From assembly GCF_006345805.1 (NCBI RefSeq), contig NC_043024.1:744001-808000 (forward strand): a DNA stretch of 64,000 nucleotides. The letters are read 5' to 3'. The DNA comes from Octopus sinensis. Lineage: Eukaryota. A program made the translations under genes and the position numbers. Shown one piece after another: positions 61,285 to 64,000 of this stretch. How positions within the stretch are numbered: position 1 is the stretch's first letter; the number at the start of each line of letters is the position of its first letter. The notes under the pieces are model-generated. The model did not search any database and was not told the DNA's origin. It saw only the letters and a program-made list of their open reading frames with translations.

Positions 61285-61645
61285 GCCATGATGCAATACC
61301 AGGCACTGGTTGTCATGGCATCTGATTTTAACTGATTGGAAGTCTTAACATGTATGTTTTATTTAGGTGTAAAAGATTGGCTCCAGCAGATATTCTGCTC
61401 AGTACTACAGATTTGTTTGTCAGTTGCTTGACCTTAACCAAATGAACATGACCCTTAGTGGCTGGTGATATGCGCATCTCTAACCATGAGCAAGAATAGT
61501 GGGGGAGCATCAATGCCCTGATGCAGTACCAGGCAGTGGCTCTCATGACTTCTGATCTTAACTGATTGGAAATGTTAACATGTACAGGTTTTGTCTTGGC
61601 ATAGAAGATGGGTTGCAGCAAAAATTTGGCACAATGCTACAGAAC
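61285..61645 (+). repeat. Diverged direct repeat, ~230-bp period; family also present reversed at ~9560-9700
   Basis: TGATGCA.TACCAGGCA.TGG...TCTGAT.TTAACTGATTGGAA occurs at ~61288 and ~61518. Confidence 0.7.
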
Positions 61646-63195
61646 TGGTCATTTTTAAGCTGGTCACGGGAGCATAAATTTACATAAAATTTTGAAGGAA
61701 GATTTTAATTTAAAACACTTTAAACAGGAAGTTTGTACCATTGAACCAGGGGTGATCTCAAGTAAGTTGGTATGAAAAGGGTTAATTGTTGAGGGTTCTG
61801 ATTACTCTCAAATGTTATGCTTATTTATTCACATTATTTTGAATTAATCATGTGGGTTTTTTTCTCTTTCAGATAAATGCAGAGATTTAGAGAGTATTTT
61901 TTGAAGTTCTGAGGAATGTATGAAGTAAACTTTATGGTTTTCTCTACATATAAAGTATAGAAAATATATCAAGTAAAAAATATATATTAAACAAACGTTG
62001 TTTAGTTGAAATGATGAAATGAAAAAATATTGTTTGCTACAAGAAAAAAAAATTGTCATTTTAAAACCAACAAATATCATATTTGTGAAAATGACTATAA
62101 ATTTTTATGTTAACATTCTTTTTTCAGGTAACACATTCAGGTAACTTATTAGTATTTAATTAAGAACAATACTTTTTTTAAAAAATCATTAATTTTCAGA
62201 TGTACTGATATTTCCATTTTAAAAACATAGGCATTACAAGAAAGAAAAGCACTTAACATAGAAATATTTAGCTGACCCTCTTGAGGGACACAGTGTTTTG
62301 GTATGTGTAGCCAAAAAGACCAAAGTGTTTTTTGTTTTTTTTTTCTGTTGAGATTGAGGTTGATGGGTGTATGTAGAAAACAAAGGATAAAATGCCTAAA
62401 ACTCTTTCATTAGTCTATAAAAACTATATATATTATATAGTTTTTATATTATATTTACTGGAAGAACATCTCTGATTGGTTATTACACTTCAAAACATTT
62501 CATTTCAGCTTGAATCATTTGGGCCAGTCAATCGGCTCAGGTGTCCCAAGAGGATTAAAGACAATATATAATGAAGGTAAATAAAAGAGAAGTAGTAGGG
62601 GTAGGTAAGTTGGTTCCTGCTGACTCTCATCACCTGGCAAAAACCCTCCTCCTTCGACCCTACTCCCTATTTCAGTCGAGGGGCTTTGTCTTGCGAGTGA
62701 CTTAATGGCCTCATTGGTGCCACATAAAAACACATCCATGACACTCTGTAAAGTGGTTGGCATTAGGAAGGTCAGCTAGCCATAGAACCCATGCCAAAGC
62801 AGACAGTGGAGCTTGGGGCAATCCTCTGACTTGCCAGTTCCTGCCAAACTGTCCAGCCCATGCCAGAACGGGACAAAGACATTAAAAGATTCCTGTGTTT
62901 CAAACAACTGAAATTACCATTCTAAAAAAAAAAAGATGTTTTTCTTCCAAAAATCAATTTTTCCAACAGCCCCTTAAGTCTCCATCATCTTTAAAGCAGT
63001 ACAAGACCAGCTAGTTCCAAGGAGCAGAAGGCATTATGACATTGAAAGAAAACACAGAGAGAAGGCGAAACATGTTAGGGGTCAGAATCTAGAACACATC
63101 TGTGAGTGATTCAATGCAAATCAGTTGAAAGGAGCTTCTCTAGAGTAGTCCAGTGTGTGCATACAGTGCTCCATCATGGGCTTCATTCAGCTTTA

Positions 63196-63324
63196 TCAAG
63201 TGTCAGGAATTATTGTGGGCCAAAATATTTTCTGTTCCTGAAGATAAGTGGCAATGCTAGGGATGCAGTTGTGGCTATTTGTGAATGATGTTCTCTTCTT
63301 GTCAAGAGAGGTTCCCAGAAAAAA
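63196..63324 (-). CDS. Possible terminal coding exon of an unidentified gene that extends beyond the window
   Basis: CCTAAT branch-like motif, then tttttcacctgtgcAG; phase-0 frame FFLGTSLDKKRTSFTNSHNCIPSIATYLQEQKIFWPTIIPDT then TGA TAA; followed by AT-rich UTR-like DNA. Confidence 0.35.
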   Translation of the reverse strand, partial: FFLGTSLDKKRTSFTNSHNCIPSIATYLQEQKIFWPTIIPDT

Positions 63325-64000
63325 CTGCACAGGTGAAAAATGTAATTAAATTAGGTTGTTTTTTTTTTGTTTTTAAAGATAATTTCAGTTTTTTTTGAAA
63401 CAGAAGAATATCACAAAATGAAGTGAAATTCCACACCCAAAATAAAAAAAAATAGGGTTAGACCAAAATTCTGAAGTGAAGAGCCAAAATATGGAAAATA
63501 TATATTTTGAACATTGGAATACAAAAACAAAAAAAAATGTTGTTATAAGGAAAAACTATTCCAAAACTCCACTAATGTGTTTTTGCAAAAAAAGAATCTT
63601 TTTTATATTTTATTTTTTCAAGTCAAGAGAGAAGGCTGTACCCATCACCCTCTATAAGACCCTCCCCCCAAGGAAGGTGGGAATGTAGAAGATATGAGTG
63701 ATACAGAATGAGGGGGTGAAAGGAAGATCTGATGAGAAGATTAGGCGAGGACCCCCATTAAGATTCCAAAACCTCATTTTCACCAAGATAGGTGGGTCAT
63801 CTTGAGCACCACATACTGACAGTCATTCCAATTCTTTGCCATCACTTGTATGAGAGTCAAACTCATGAGATCAGCTTCCACCACTTCCTCCTCATCTTCC
63901 TGGGTCTCCTTCTACCACAAGTTTCATTTACATTAACCCTTTTTATATCAACCAGCTTGAAACCACCCCAAGTTTCATGACAAACTTACTGTTTTAAAGA

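Overview
AT-rich animal genomic DNA with spliceosomal introns. The repeat families (tRNA-derived SINEs, (GAT)n-tailed retroposon ends, TTAA MITEs, long TA/TG satellites) suggest an octopus or other coleoid cephalopod; this is inference. Two genes converge tail-to-tail. On + lie the last three coding exons of TMTC3 (6823-8962), after a 6.8 kb alternating purine/pyrimidine satellite. On - lies an apparently complete CNOT2 (CCR4-NOT subunit 2): 15 phase-consistent core exons from ATG 48424 to stop 16008 give 491 aa, with candidate 5' exons up to ~55 kb. A third gene may end on - near 63.2-63.3 kb. The rest is decayed mariner, hAT, piggyBac, LINE, SINE and Penelope-like repeats. The most interesting signals are in CNOT2: several unannotated candidate cassette/poison exons, a dead duplicate of a real exon, a tandem acceptor that may switch between a uORF and an N-terminal extension, a polyQ tract, and a Pumilio element beside the poly(A) signal. 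There are also two decayed minimal hammerhead ribozymes and long near-perfect hairpins. Protein comparisons to human orthologues are from recall, not from a search. The long YI/YT/VC ORFs are artefacts.
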